A program made the position numbers and the translations under genes. Below the pieces are notes generated by a model. That model searched no databases, was not told the DNA's origin, and was given only the letters and a program-made list of their open reading frames with translations. Source: Eukaryota sp. TZLM1-RC (Eukaryota; Protista; Metamonada: BaSk clade). From it: DNA of 64,000 bases. The stretch is from positions 3,660,616-3,724,615 of the forward strand of contig JAUPSS010000003.1 in the NCBI GenBank assembly GCA_040285825.1. The letters are read 5' to 3'. Positions 48,085-58,824 of the stretch are shown piece after piece. How positions within the stretch are numbered: the first letter of the stretch is position 1; each line of letters begins with the position of its first letter.

Positions 48085-51000
48085 ATGTCATCACTCAACT
48101 TGTGCTTCTTACTTCTCATCAGTTTCACTCTAGTTACTGCGCATCAATGTTCTGGATATCGCAACTTCACAGTGAGTTTTTTGTCACCAACATGTGGTAC
48201 GGTCATTGAAGCTAGTGAATCAGTTCCTTTCTCGATCAGCTTTCAGTTTTCGTGTACGTATTTGCAAATCGGAAGCAATGTGCTTGATCTTGATGTTGAT
48301 CTTGATGTCGATCAGTTCCCTGAAGCAATGTCCTTATATTGTTCACCAGATTTAACCGATAACCAAACCAATATTCTGAAGCCTCTTGGTGCCAGCTTTT
48401 ATCCTCAATCACAGGACGGAATCACCACAGTCGATGTTCAATTTGATCTTTATGCACTACCTGACCTGGATCAAACAAGCTACCAATGTTTTTTCGATCT
48501 TCAGGAGTGGCAATGTGGAAACTCCCTTCTACCTCGTACCAGCTGGTTTTCATTTGTTGTTGATAACTTGGGTTCAGCAACGGAACTGGATTGTACGCCT
48601 CCTCTTTCTGATGTACTTTGCTCACCTTATCCAGATTTTGGACTCAGTCTGTCGAATGATTTCTTTGATAAAGACCGCAGCAATTTCAGCAGTTCTTCAA
48701 TCAGCGTCCATGCTTCGTTGACTGAAGCTAATACAGTGCTCATAGAACTTCATGGATCTCTGGCTACGTCTGAAAAACCTGTAGGTATTGACATTAATCA
48801 TTTTGAGATCGAACAGGTAAAGTATCTTCTGGACGACTCTTCTTTAATTACAGTACAATCTCAACTTCACAATCGTTTGAATACATCTCTTCTTTGGTCA
48901 CACGGAAGCAATTTGTTACTATCCTTCAGTACCACCGAAGGAACTTCATCTCCAAATCAGCATGTTCAGCTTTCCTCTCATGAAATTCAACCCTTGTTTG
49001 ACGCTCTTGATACAAGCACCCTTAGGATAAGGTGTGTAGTGGAACGCGTGTTCTTGCCCTATTCCACTTACGATGACGATGACTACCGATCTTCACTCAA
49101 CGCTTCCTTTCTAGAACAATATATTCAATCCAATAATCCGCCTAGTGGGTATTCAGCGTTCTTCACCTTCGATAGCCTTGAGGGTTATTTGTCTTATTCA
49201 GACACAATTTGGACAGCAATTCTGCCTTCCCGTTTTTGTCCAACGGGTTCTACTGCTTTTAGGTTTTCTCAACTATTGGAACAGTCGGATGGTGAAGCTT
49301 TCGCGTTTCAAAATGGTGACAGTTTTTTCTTTTTTGATTTTACCGAAATATTTTCTGAACATACACTTAAGTTCTCTCTTTTTCACTCCACTTTTGGAGA
49401 ATTATTCACAAGTACTTTTTCTCATGACAACAACTACAAAAGTAAAGATGCATTTAATTCCACATTTAGCTCAAACTTCACTACTAACCTCTTTAAATTC
49501 TTGGATCAAGATTACCCTGCTGTTGCCTTGTCGAGTGATCTTCCCCTTGGTGATATAACTGATCACATTAATGATCTAGTTTTTGTACCAAAAGAGGCTA
49601 TTGAATTAGGGGAAAATTGTGGAGGTCTATTCTACAGTCCAGTTTCTTGGTGGCTGGAGTTTGATTGTAATTCAAAAAGTTCATGGCAGTGTCTCCGTAA
49701 TGGGGTTGGAAGGTTAAGTCATGATCCCAGTCTGAGGTTTGGAAATATGGTTAAGAATTTTTCTTCTCTTTTTGAAGGTAACCTGGATGGAGATAAGTTA
49801 TTCCATATTGAGAGAACAACTGATTCTTTAACCATGCAATTGAATCCTATTGATCCAGATGATGTTATTTTCTCTTTTTCCTTACATCGTGACGATTTGA
49901 CCTTTAAGCAACCATCTGTTGGTGATTTTGGTGTTTCGGTTTCAAACATCAATGGATCTTTCATTTCTGTTGATTCGTTTGTTTACAATGTCGGAACTTT
50001 GAATGATTCAATAACCATTTCTCTTGAATGTGATTCTGAATTTGTTGATTCTAGTGATCCTATTTCATCCCATCTCAATCCATCAGAAGCTTTATATCAT
50101 TCTTTCATATTAGCCTCAAATGGATTAATTGATCAAACATCCATTAATTGCAAAGTGTTTTTTAGCTTTTCTCAGCTCCCCTTGTGGGATAATGATGACA
50201 AATACGCTGAAACAGAATTCATTATTTACCCAATTGATTCATCTGCTTGTTTTGACAGTGGTTTTTCTTTTATCACTGCTGATATAGGGAATTTTAACCT
50301 TTGCGATTATTTAGAATTACCACTATTAAAAAATCCCACAATATCTTTTGTTAACCTCACCATCCCTTCTCAATTCCCAGACCCGACTGCAAACCCCATT
50401 TTTCAAGACAAAATTCTGAGTTATTATACTATATCATTTGATAGTGACCACTTTACCTCCGATACATTAATCTCGCTCAAACTTGATGTTAATTCTTGTA
50501 AGAATTGTGAAGACTATGGAGTCATTGTTGAACAGCAATACTTTAATAACCATGAAGTTGATGAATTGCTTACAATAGACAATCCTAATTCAATTTCTCT
50601 TGCTATTCTTGTTCCTTTTGTTGATCAAAAGTCACTCCACGTGACTTATACCATTGGTTTGCACAATGTAGATAATTGTATCTGTTATGATGAAGTTGAA
50701 ACTAGTTTTCTATTATCTACGTCAACTAATATCGAATGTCCTTTCATTGTTGATGCTCCCAGCCTTCAACTCCCAATGAATTCTGGATTGTGGATCGATG
50801 GAAATGTCTTTTCAAGTGTTGAAACAGATTTTGTTGATTTGGATAATGAAGTAGACTTTGGATTGTTTAATCTCAATACCCAGTCAAGTTTTGTACATAC
50901 AATGGAGGGCTTTCTCCTGCAGAGAAGTAACATTTCATTTACACTTGTAAATCTTGGAGACGGATTGGCATCATCACGGTTTTCAATAGAAGTAATTACC

Positions 51001-52107
51001 TCAGCTGAATCCAAGTTTCATTCATTATCAGATGTTTTTACTTTGGGACAATCAACAAACCATTGCTCAACCGTAGAAAGACAACATAAGCTCAAATCAG
51101 TTTTAGATTGTGTTATTTCGCCCCTTGAATCTCTTGATTTAGGAGTAGTTTTAACTTCCACATATTTAAGTGAATTCACGTTGGTCTTCTCAGTTGTAAA
51201 TGAACACTCTCTTTGTATGAACAAGGATTATGGCCTTAATGTAACAGAAGTTATTCACACCAGGTCTTCATGCAACAAAAATCACCCACCAAGGGCAAAA
51301 CTTGTTGTAGAGTTTGATGAAACTTTAACTCCAACTGACAATGGTTTTATGTCTACAATTGGAATTTCAAATCAAGGAAATGTGACGTCTTTTAGTAATA
51401 TTTCTCTTTCTTGTACCGAAATAACTGATAGTTATGGAAAAGAAGGTGATAAATCGATTACATCTCTGTTGGAAAGGGACAACATTTCAATCGATTCTTT
51501 GACTGAAATCTCAGTTAATTTTGAATTGGTTGATGTGATACAAGGGTCAGAAATACACTGTGAGATTAACTTGTTAGTCCAAAATGATCCTATTTTTGAT
51601 CCTTGTACACTTGCCTCTGTATCTGCTTTTACATTTGCGATTCCTCCTCATAATTCACCTATCAAACCTTTAGCTATCGTCATTGTTCCTGTTGTTCTCG
51701 TTACTGTAGTAGGAAGTGTTTTCTTTATATTGAAGAAATCAATCAAGAAATCAATTGTGTCTGAGCTTGTTTCATTTTCTACAGTGCCTGTTAGTGTTGA
51801 AGTTGTTCCAGATCAGCCACAACCAGATGATTCCCAAGTTCCTGTTCCTCCTACAACTTCTGCATTTGTACGTTCAGAAGCTGATTACACTAATGCAAAG
51901 GGGACAGTCACACCAGAAGCTGAGGATAATTCACGTTTAATGCCTGCATTGTCTCCTGGTAATGTTTTGTTAGGAAGATCACCAAAAATTGAACCTGCGA
52001 ACTGGATCCAAAATTCACCAGTTAATGGCCCTGTTCACTCTAGTCCTCACGCATCCGCAAGAGCTAGAAGACCTCAATTAGCGTGGCATCATCCTGTACC
52101 AAGATAA
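48085..52107 (+). CDS. Paralogous HAP2/GCS1-like type I membrane protein, 1340 aa
   Basis: Near-identical to 40357-43880 over about 3.5 kb, then a different TM segment and a Pro/Ser-rich cytoplasmic tail. Confidence 0.8.
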   Translation: MSSLNLCFLLLISFTLVTAHQCSGYRNFTVSFLSPTCGTVIEASESVPFSISFQFSCTYLQIGSNVLDLDVDLDVDQFPEAMSLYCSPDLTDNQTNILKPLGASFYPQSQDGITTVDVQFDLYALPDLDQTSYQCFFDLQEWQCGNSLLPRTSWFSFVVDNLGSATELDCTPPLSDVLCSPYPDFGLSLSNDFFDKDRSNFSSSSISVHASLTEANTVLIELHGSLATSEKPVGIDINHFEIEQVKYLLDDSSLITVQSQLHNRLNTSLLWSHGSNLLLSFSTTEGTSSPNQHVQLSSHEIQPLFDALDTSTLRIRCVVERVFLPYSTYDDDDYRSSLNASFLEQYIQSNNPPSGYSAFFTFDSLEGYLSYSDTIWTAILPSRFCPTGSTAFRFSQLLEQSDGEAFAFQNGDSFFFFDFTEIFSEHTLKFSLFHSTFGELFTSTFSHDNNYKSKDAFNSTFSSNFTTNLFKFLDQDYPAVALSSDLPLGDITDHINDLVFVPKEAIELGENCGGLFYSPVSWWLEFDCNSKSSWQCLRNGVGRLSHDPSLRFGNMVKNFSSLFEGNLDGDKLFHIERTTDSLTMQLNPIDPDDVIFSFSLHRDDLTFKQPSVGDFGVSVSNINGSFISVDSFVYNVGTLNDSITISLECDSEFVDSSDPISSHLNPSEALYHSFILASNGLIDQTSINCKVFFSFSQLPLWDNDDKYAETEFIIYPIDSSACFDSGFSFITADIGNFNLCDYLELPLLKNPTISFVNLTIPSQFPDPTANPIFQDKILSYYTISFDSDHFTSDTLISLKLDVNSCKNCEDYGVIVEQQYFNNHEVDELLTIDNPNSISLAILVPFVDQKSLHVTYTIGLHNVDNCICYDEVETSFLLSTSTNIECPFIVDAPSLQLPMNSGLWIDGNVFSSVETDFVDLDNEVDFGLFNLNTQSSFVHTMEGFLLQRSNISFTLVNLGDGLASSRFSIEVITSAESKFHSLSDVFTLGQSTNHCSTVERQHKLKSVLDCVISPLESLDLGVVLTSTYLSEFTLVFSVVNEHSLCMNKDYGLNVTEVIHTRSSCNKNHPPRAKLVVEFDETLTPTDNGFMSTIGISNQGNVTSFSNISLSCTEITDSYGKEGDKSITSLLERDNISIDSLTEISVNFELVDVIQGSEIHCEINLLVQNDPIFDPCTLASVSAFTFAIPPHNSPIKPLAIVIVPVVLVTVVGSVFFILKKSIKKSIVSELVSFSTVPVSVEVVPDQPQPDDSQVPVPPTTSAFVRSEADYTNAKGTVTPEAEDNSRLMPALSPGNVLLGRSPKIEPANWIQNSPVNGPVHSSPHASARARRPQLAWHHPVPR

Positions 52108-52152
52108 TTTTGTATAATAAGTTTGTATTTTGTTTATAAACCATAACTATAA

Positions 52153-53832
52153 CTACAAATTTTTACAAATAATTGTACAATCAGCCAACTTCATAACCTC
52201 ACAATCCTGAAAGTAACCAAAATATGAATCAGTGGTGCCAAAAAGAAACCACAAAATTCCAGATGGAAAAATCAAAACTGAAACAATAGCATTGGCTAAT
52301 AGCAGATAAAAAATGGTGTTTTTCATATTTCCAAACGCAAATTCAAGTTTGAAAAGTTTTAATAAACTGATCTTATCGTGGTAATACTCTAGAAATTGAC
52401 CAATGAAGACAAGAATACCCAATAAAGGGAAAAAAGAACTACCAACTGATAAAAGAAACATTCTATAAATAACTTCTACATATTCATCACTGGTGTCAAA
52501 TTCAGATTTTTCGTCCCGTTTTAGCACAAACTTTTTGAATAAAGGCCACAACCACTGGACTATATTGACCAGTACAATATCAGTAACTAGCAACCAAAAA
52601 ATTTGAGATGCCATTGAATCAAACCCACAGCCGGTTCCAGTGATGTTTGATTCATAGCACAAACAACCATCCACTCTGAAAGAATTTTCCTGCCTTTTAT
52701 CAGCCCAAACTAAGAATCTTGAAAGATACAACACACAAACCTGTGCTAGCTTGAGTACATAAACATGGAATAACCTAGCGGCATATTTGCCAGTCCAAGT
52801 TTTGTGTTTTTCAAAATCGACAATTTTTTTGGCCAATTTTTTCCACATATAGTTGGAGCAAACGACATAAGATGAGACCAAAATTTGGCCAAGAGGAGCA
52901 TCTGCCAAACGTGAAATAGTGATCCAGTTCACAATAGAGGAAATAACCAAAGTTAAAAGCCACAGAATGAATCCTACAAACAAGCGAACAGATCGAATCA
53001 ACCAATGAATGTTTTTGTTATCTGTTATTACATCAAAAGAGGTATTTTTGACCGATCGTGATCTTGAAAGCAGGCTGCCTTGACAAGTGTTTCTATCTTC
53101 CTTTTCATACTTGGAGAGAGTTATTTCATGATGAACCAAGTACCTAAAAGGAAGAGCAAAAGTTAAAGCCGCATTGGTAACAATACTTAACAGAAATATC
53201 CACCGAATTTCCCCATAATAACGTGCAGAAGAAAACAATAGTGGCAAAGTTGCAATTCCTTCATAAGAAGTTGTATGTTCAAGGATTTCAGCATAAATAC
53301 CCCTAAAATTAAGATCAGGAAAGTTGCTTGTATTGTATTGAAGTAAAGAAGGAATTAGAACCAGCAATCCAGAAAGAACAAAGTAGAGACAGTAAAAGTA
53401 AAGAAATTTGATGAAAGAAAAATAAAGAGAAATACCAATGCCGTGATGTCGTCTAATAGAGCGTAAACTGGAAGAAATACCAAGTTTGGATAACTTCTTA
53501 TCTTTGTCACCAGTATCATCATTAGTTGTGGGAGAATAAGAGGCTGGTCCACCATCTACAATATCTGGACAGTCAAGATCAGATTCGTTGACATAAGTGA
53601 CTTCAAGGCCATCATCCACATTCTTTTGATTTGGGTAGTTACCTGAACCATCATGATACTCCACATTGACATCGCAATGAGAATTCCAAATAGTGGGAAA
53701 CGTGGAGACGAGTTGTAACTGCTGACTGGGAATAAGAACTGGGCCATAATCCGAATAGTAGAGCTGGAAACCAGGGGGTACTTGGGATGGATCAAAGTTA
53801 TGAATGCGCGAGCTGTGAGAACTACCCATCAC
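52153..53832 (-). CDS. Transmembrane channel-like (TMC family) protein
   Basis: IRRHHGIGISLYFSFIKFL, FEKH, CYE...QIFWLLVTD, EFDTSDEYVEVIY...GSSFFPLL; multiple TM segments. Confidence 0.8.
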   Translation of the reverse strand: MMGSSHSSRIHNFDPSQVPPGFQLYYSDYGPVLIPSQQLQLVSTFPTIWNSHCDVNVEYHDGSGNYPNQKNVDDGLEVTYVNESDLDCPDIVDGGPASYSPTTNDDTGDKDKKLSKLGISSSLRSIRRHHGIGISLYFSFIKFLYFYCLYFVLSGLLVLIPSLLQYNTSNFPDLNFRGIYAEILEHTTSYEGIATLPLLFSSARYYGEIRWIFLLSIVTNAALTFALPFRYLVHHEITLSKYEKEDRNTCQGSLLSRSRSVKNTSFDVITDNKNIHWLIRSVRLFVGFILWLLTLVISSIVNWITISRLADAPLGQILVSSYVVCSNYMWKKLAKKIVDFEKHKTWTGKYAARLFHVYVLKLAQVCVLYLSRFLVWADKRQENSFRVDGCLCYESNITGTGCGFDSMASQIFWLLVTDIVLVNIVQWLWPLFKKFVLKRDEKSEFDTSDEYVEVIYRMFLLSVGSSFFPLLGILVFIGQFLEYYHDKISLLKLFKLEFAFGNMKNTIFYLLLANAIVSVLIFPSGILWFLFGTTDSYFGYFQDCEVMKLADCTIICKNL

Positions 53833-54634
53833 TACAGATATGGTGAATCAAAATGCTATTCTTGGACGCAGAATGTCTAAAAATAGATAACAAATTTATT
53901 CAATCCCATCATCTCCAATATTAAACAAGTGGCCCTTCAACGTTGCATGAACGATTCATTGCAATCAGAAACACTGATTTTACTGAAACAAGAACAGCTG
54001 AAAGTGATGTTCTGACTCATTTCTTGTATATTCTGCCAAAAATGTGTATGTACCAAAAATAAAATAGCAACTATCCAATTATAAAATTACAACCACCTAC
54101 GAAAATTGACACTTCTCTCTTCTTCTTTGAAGGGTATAGTTAAAAGCACTGTGAGACTGAAAACTATTCTAAAAATTAAACTATTCATTCTACTCCCTTA
54201 TTCTATCTAAATTGTTCAGCATTTGATTCTGTTCAAGTGTATACCATGAATATTGTAAAATTGCAACGTGTATTTTGTTTGGCGAAATTAAATCTTTTTA
54301 AAATGGACTACATTGAAATTTTAGCAGAATAAGGATCGGAAAAAGTATTTTATTTAGTACCAGTATGATGGTTTGGGCTGTTCGTTAGGCTTAGCTATAT
54401 CTTTAGATGTAATGAGATTTATTACCAAGAGAAAATGTAATCTCTCTTCTGATACTAATAAGCGGAACGTAAACTAATGAACTATTAATACAAAGCTATT
54501 TTAAACTATTCAAGACAAGCACTGCCTTTTCTTCTCTCTTGAGCGACGAGCACTAGAAGCTCTAGTCATATGGGAAGAAGTACCTGACTTGGATCGCTTC
54601 CTGGGAGCAGCGGATTAAGTACAACAACGTGTTT

Positions 54635-54660
54635 TGGAAGTCTTGATAAAGACCCTTAAA

Positions 54661-54692
<32 letters not shown>

Positions 54693-54846
54693 ACTTCTAC
54701 CGATTGGATGTTGAGGTGAAATGTTTGGACTCAATGGGTTAAGCTGCAAAGCAAGACTTGTTTGGAAAATTCTGTAAATCTTTGTATCTAGAGGAAGGAG
54801 AAGTTGTAACAAGATATCCGTAGGTAAACCTGCGGATGGATCATTG
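54635..54846 (+). rRNA. 18S rRNA 3' fragment only
   Basis: GTCCCTGCCCTTTGTACACACCGCCCGTC ... ACCTGCGGATGGATCATT. Confidence 0.9.
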
Positions 54847-54945
54847 TCGTTTGTGAGTTTGGCTTGCCAAGTTTCACTTTAACTGAAACCTAATACCGAC
54901 CCAACACTTTGTATTATATAAACTAATAGTTTCTATGAAACATCC

Positions 54946-55105
54946 AACTTTCAGTGATGGATGTCTCGGCTCCTTTATCGATGAAGAACGCAGCGAATTG
55001 CGATACGTAATGTGAATTCAGAATCTGTGAATCATCGAAACTTTGAACACAAATGGTAGTTCTTTAGAGCTTCGGCTTTATTGAACTATACTTGAATCAG
55101 CGTCG
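54946..55105 (+). rRNA. 5.8S rRNA
   Basis: ATCGATGAAGAACGCAGCGAATTGCGATACGTAATGTGAA, GTGAATCATCGAA; flanked by ITS1 (about 100 nt) and ITS2 (about 160 nt). Confidence 0.92.
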
Positions 55106-55264
55106 TCTCTTATTTTTCCATTTCGGATAATTGGAATTGAAGGTTACTTCTTTTCTTAAATAATCAAATATATGATTGACTTTTGTCAACATTTATTGTT
55201 AAAGGCAACTTTTACATTAATTGACGACTCATCTCTTTCATATATTGTCTTTTCGACATCATTT

Positions 55265-55607
55265 CGACCAGATTTCAAGTAAAATCACCCTCTGGACTTA
55301 AGCATATCAATAAGGGAAGGAAAAAAACTTTGATTTCCTTAGTAGCGGCGAGCAAACAGGAAAAAGCTGAAGACTGAATCTTTATGATTTTGAAATTGTG
55401 AAGAGTTTTAGTCTATGGAAACCAGTATTCGGTTCTCGATGTATAAGTCCTTTGGAAAAGGGTATCAAGGAAGGTGAAAATCCTGTAAATGACATCGAAG
55501 TAATTGATTCACTACCGATTTTCCGAGAGTTGCGCTGTTTGGAAACGCAGCGTTGAATGTGGGGTCAGTTTCCCATAAAGCTAAATATAAAAGGAGACCG
55601 ATAGTTC

Positions 55608-55638
<31 letters not shown>

Positions 55639-56155
55639 TCTAAAGAGAGAGTTAAAAATACCTGAAATCATTGAAAGGATAGGCGATTGGAACTTGATAT
55701 TGATAGCTTCGGCTGTCTTGCGTTTGAGTGATTTTAAAAAATGAGTGATTGTGGGGAAGGTAGCTATAATGAACTTCGGTTTATTGTAGTGTTATAGCAT
55801 CATAAATTGTTCTTCTTTTGGAATCAGAAATACGGTTTTACCGAAACTCCAACATAAAAGGTTCAATTGTCTCGTCTTGAAACACGGATCAAGGAGTGTA
55901 TCTTTTCTGCAAGTCGTAGGGTGTAAAAACCTGAAGGCGAAATGAAAGTAATTTTATGAGGGAAAGTTTCGACTGCACCCTCAACCAGTCCTTGCAAAGG
56001 GATCTGGATATGAGCAGAATGGATACGACCCGAAAGCCGCTGAACTATGCCTGAATAGGATGAAGCCAGTGAAACTCTGGTGAAAAGTCCGTCTGTTGAC
56101 GTGCAAAGCATTTGTCAAATTTGGGTATAGGGGCAAAAGACTCATCGAAGCGGCT
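55265..56155 (+). rRNA. 28S rRNA 5' fragment, truncated
   Basis: ACTTAAGCATATCAATAAG, CAAGTACCGTGAGGGAAAG, GTCTTGAAACACGGA, GACCCGAAAG, TTGGGTATAGGGGC; stops before AGTAGCTGG. Confidence 0.92.
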
Positions 56156-56815
56156 TTTATTGAAATTCAAAAGAAATAAAGAAAACATAACTGAAAAAAC
56201 TAAAACAAAAACCTACTAAAACCTACGAGCATCTCCAATTCTCTCAAGAATAGAATTAAATGCTTGATTGCATCTGAAACTGTTCTTTTGGATGATGCAG
56301 CTCAATTCACTACATAAATCAATCCAACCAAAACGTTCAAAAGTTTCTTTGGTTTTTTTGTACCATCCCCCATGGACATTGAAAACCAAAGGAACTATTT
56401 CTGAAATTAAATTGTATTCTTTGAGAATACTGTGCTTCCTAAGTTTTGTAGCAAATGCCTGGGAGTAAGCATCTTGCCACTGATTTCCAAAACCTCCCAC
56501 TATGGTAATATCGAAAGCAATCTTTGATTTGGGATCAAATAAATCAAGATAGAATTTTTTAAACCAATTTCAAATTCTTTTTCTTTTTCATAATTTGAAA
56601 CTTCTAATAAAAAGTCTCTTACCTCATCGTGTCTACTTTTAATACAACGCGGGACACCCTTACATTGAAAACCGTGATCCATGCCAAGATTTCCATAATG
56701 ACATCTAGGGCACTGATGGTGAACTTTAACTGAAAGCAATCTTAAACTTAAAAAATGTAGCATACAATCATTTGAAAAAGTAAAATTTGAATTAGAAGGA
56801 AAAACAAACTTCTTG
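56156..56815 (-). mobile_element. RLE non-LTR 3' fragment (family C) abutting 28S in antisense
   Basis: CPRC...HGFQC...RHDEVRD, DITIVG, KLRKH, PLVFNVHGGW; T-rich 3' UTR with AATAAA at the rRNA junction. Confidence 0.8.
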
Positions 56816-56819
56816 TTTT

Positions 56820-57840
56820 TTTAACAGAATTTCTACTGAAGCAAGGGACTATTTGAAGCCTTTCCAATTTGGTATAAAAACTGTTGAAGGTGCTTCTGTT
56901 GCTTCAATGACTTCAGATGTTTTTTTCAATAGTCAACAACATCAATATATTTTCAATTTGGATTTCAAAAATGCTTTCAATTCTGTGAAACGTAATTGTA
57001 TTTTTGATGTGATTCTTCATAATTTTCCTGAACTTTCTGCATATTTTTATTTATTTTATGGAAAAAAATCAGACATAATTTTTGACTCCTTTTCCCTTGA
57101 ATCTTCTTCTGGTGTGAAACAAGGTGATCCTCTTGGCCCTTTGCTGTTTTGTTTGGCTATTCATAATATTATTAAAATGACACAACAAGATTTCCCTGAT
57201 TTGCGTATTGTTGCCTATATGGATGACATTTCTATTATTGGTTCTTTTGAAAGCATTTCCAGGGTTTCTGAAGACATTGCAGCGAAATACAAAGAAATTG
57301 GTTTAGCTTTGAACCCATCTAAATGTCTCTTGATTGGTAGAGAAAATCAATCTTTGATGATTGGTGGAGCTCATATTCCTTTTATCAATTATGACCAACA
57401 AGCTTTTAAGTTTCTTGGATGTTGGCTTGGCAATTTGGATGAAATTTATTCCCAGTTAAACAATTTATTGGAGAAGTTTGACAAGGATCTTAGTTTTATT
57501 GCTGAATGTGACATTGAGAAACACATCAAATTTTTTATTTTAAAAATTTGTTATTCTGGAAAATTCACTCATATTTTAAGGTCAACTCCCCCATCCGTAT
57601 CTCTCAATTTTTGCAGATCTTTTAACAAACTTCGAGTCAAATTTGTTTCTTCTTTATTAGAAGTAAATGAATCTTTAATTCGAAGTCATGTATTTTGTTC
57701 AGCAGATTTGGGTGGCATTGGATTCACCAAATCTTCGATTCTGTGTAAAGCAGCATTTTTGGGAGGTGGTAAAAATTTTGTTTTTGAATGTTTCCAAAGG
57801 TTCCCTTTTGATGTTCATCTGATCAATGGTGAATCAAATT
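56820..57840 (+). mobile_element. Family A-like non-LTR RT fragment
   Basis: QFGI, LDFKNAFNSV, GVKQGDPLGP, AYMDD, FLGCWLG. Confidence 0.9.
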
Positions 57841-58824
57841 TTAAAATAAGATTAGGATTTATTCCAAGAATGCAAACAAGATTACTATAAACAACAACAA
57901 TGCAAAGCAATATTCTAGATAAGTGATCACTGACAAAATGAAGGTAGATTCTCACTATTTACGGGTTCATGAGCACGTACATTGTGAAACTCAGTGATAC
58001 TTAAAAGTATTGAGTTAAAATAACGCGGTAGAGCCTTAAAGAGTGAGAAAACAATTCTGTTCTTCCAAATAAGTTGATCAAAAGAACGTCCTGAGTCTTT
58101 TAAGAAACTGCCTAAATCATTTAAGAAAGATAGTCCTTCCCTGCCTGAAGTACCAAAAATAGAAATTCCAATTGGAACAAAAACGATGTTTCTGCCACGT
58201 TGTTTGTTCAAACGTACAAGTAAATCATTATACTTCGAGTGCTTGCTCCTTTCCGCATTCTTGAGGGTTGATTCAATGTCGGAAGACGAAGACAACTTCC
58301 AAGGAGAAACAGTTGTACAATCATTAATTAATTCCTGGCCGCTACGCCAAGCACATTGAATATCACCTCTTTTTTGACTTTGAGCAAGCTGCATTTCATC
58401 AAAAACTGGTTCCAGTCGTACTGGATGATGGGCACTCTTCAACAAATCATAAATGCAATCGCGAACGGCATTGTGAATAATCGACCTCTTCTGAGTGAAC
58501 TTCCTACAAGATAAGACATGAGTATAGGAAGCAACTGCTCCACATTTACAACGAATATTTGTTAAACATTGAGGGGGAGGTAAGTTCAAACGTAGTCTCA
58601 TAATTGTTAAAAACTGGGAATCGGAAAGCAACAGACCAAAACGGCGAGGTACTTGGGTTATTAGGCAAGATGCACTGTTGATAAAAGAACCCTTATCGCA
58701 AAGAGAGGATAGAAATGTTGCAAAGGAAGAATCACCTGAATTGTTAGCCAAGCTAATTTGTTCTTCTAGTGATTCAGCTTCGAGAGCATTAATCAACTTC
58801 TTTTGCAGTTTAGGGACAGTTCTC
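57841..58824 (-). mobile_element. RLE non-LTR 3' fragment (family D), 5'-truncated at the tandem array
   Basis: MRLRL, CKC...HVLSC...HNAVRD, KRGDI...NDCT, ERSKHSKY, PIGISIFG. Confidence 0.85.

Noticed and set aside
9448-53832. Alternative genetic code (stop reassignment)
   Set aside because: Host genes terminate at TAA, TAG and TGA at expected positions; internal stops occur only in decayed elements or introns.
54480-54634. Upstream continuation of 18S or another structured RNA
   Set aside because: No conserved 18S motifs could be matched; left unassigned.
55553-56111. ORFs within the 28S region
   Set aside because: Chance ORFs inside rRNA sequence.
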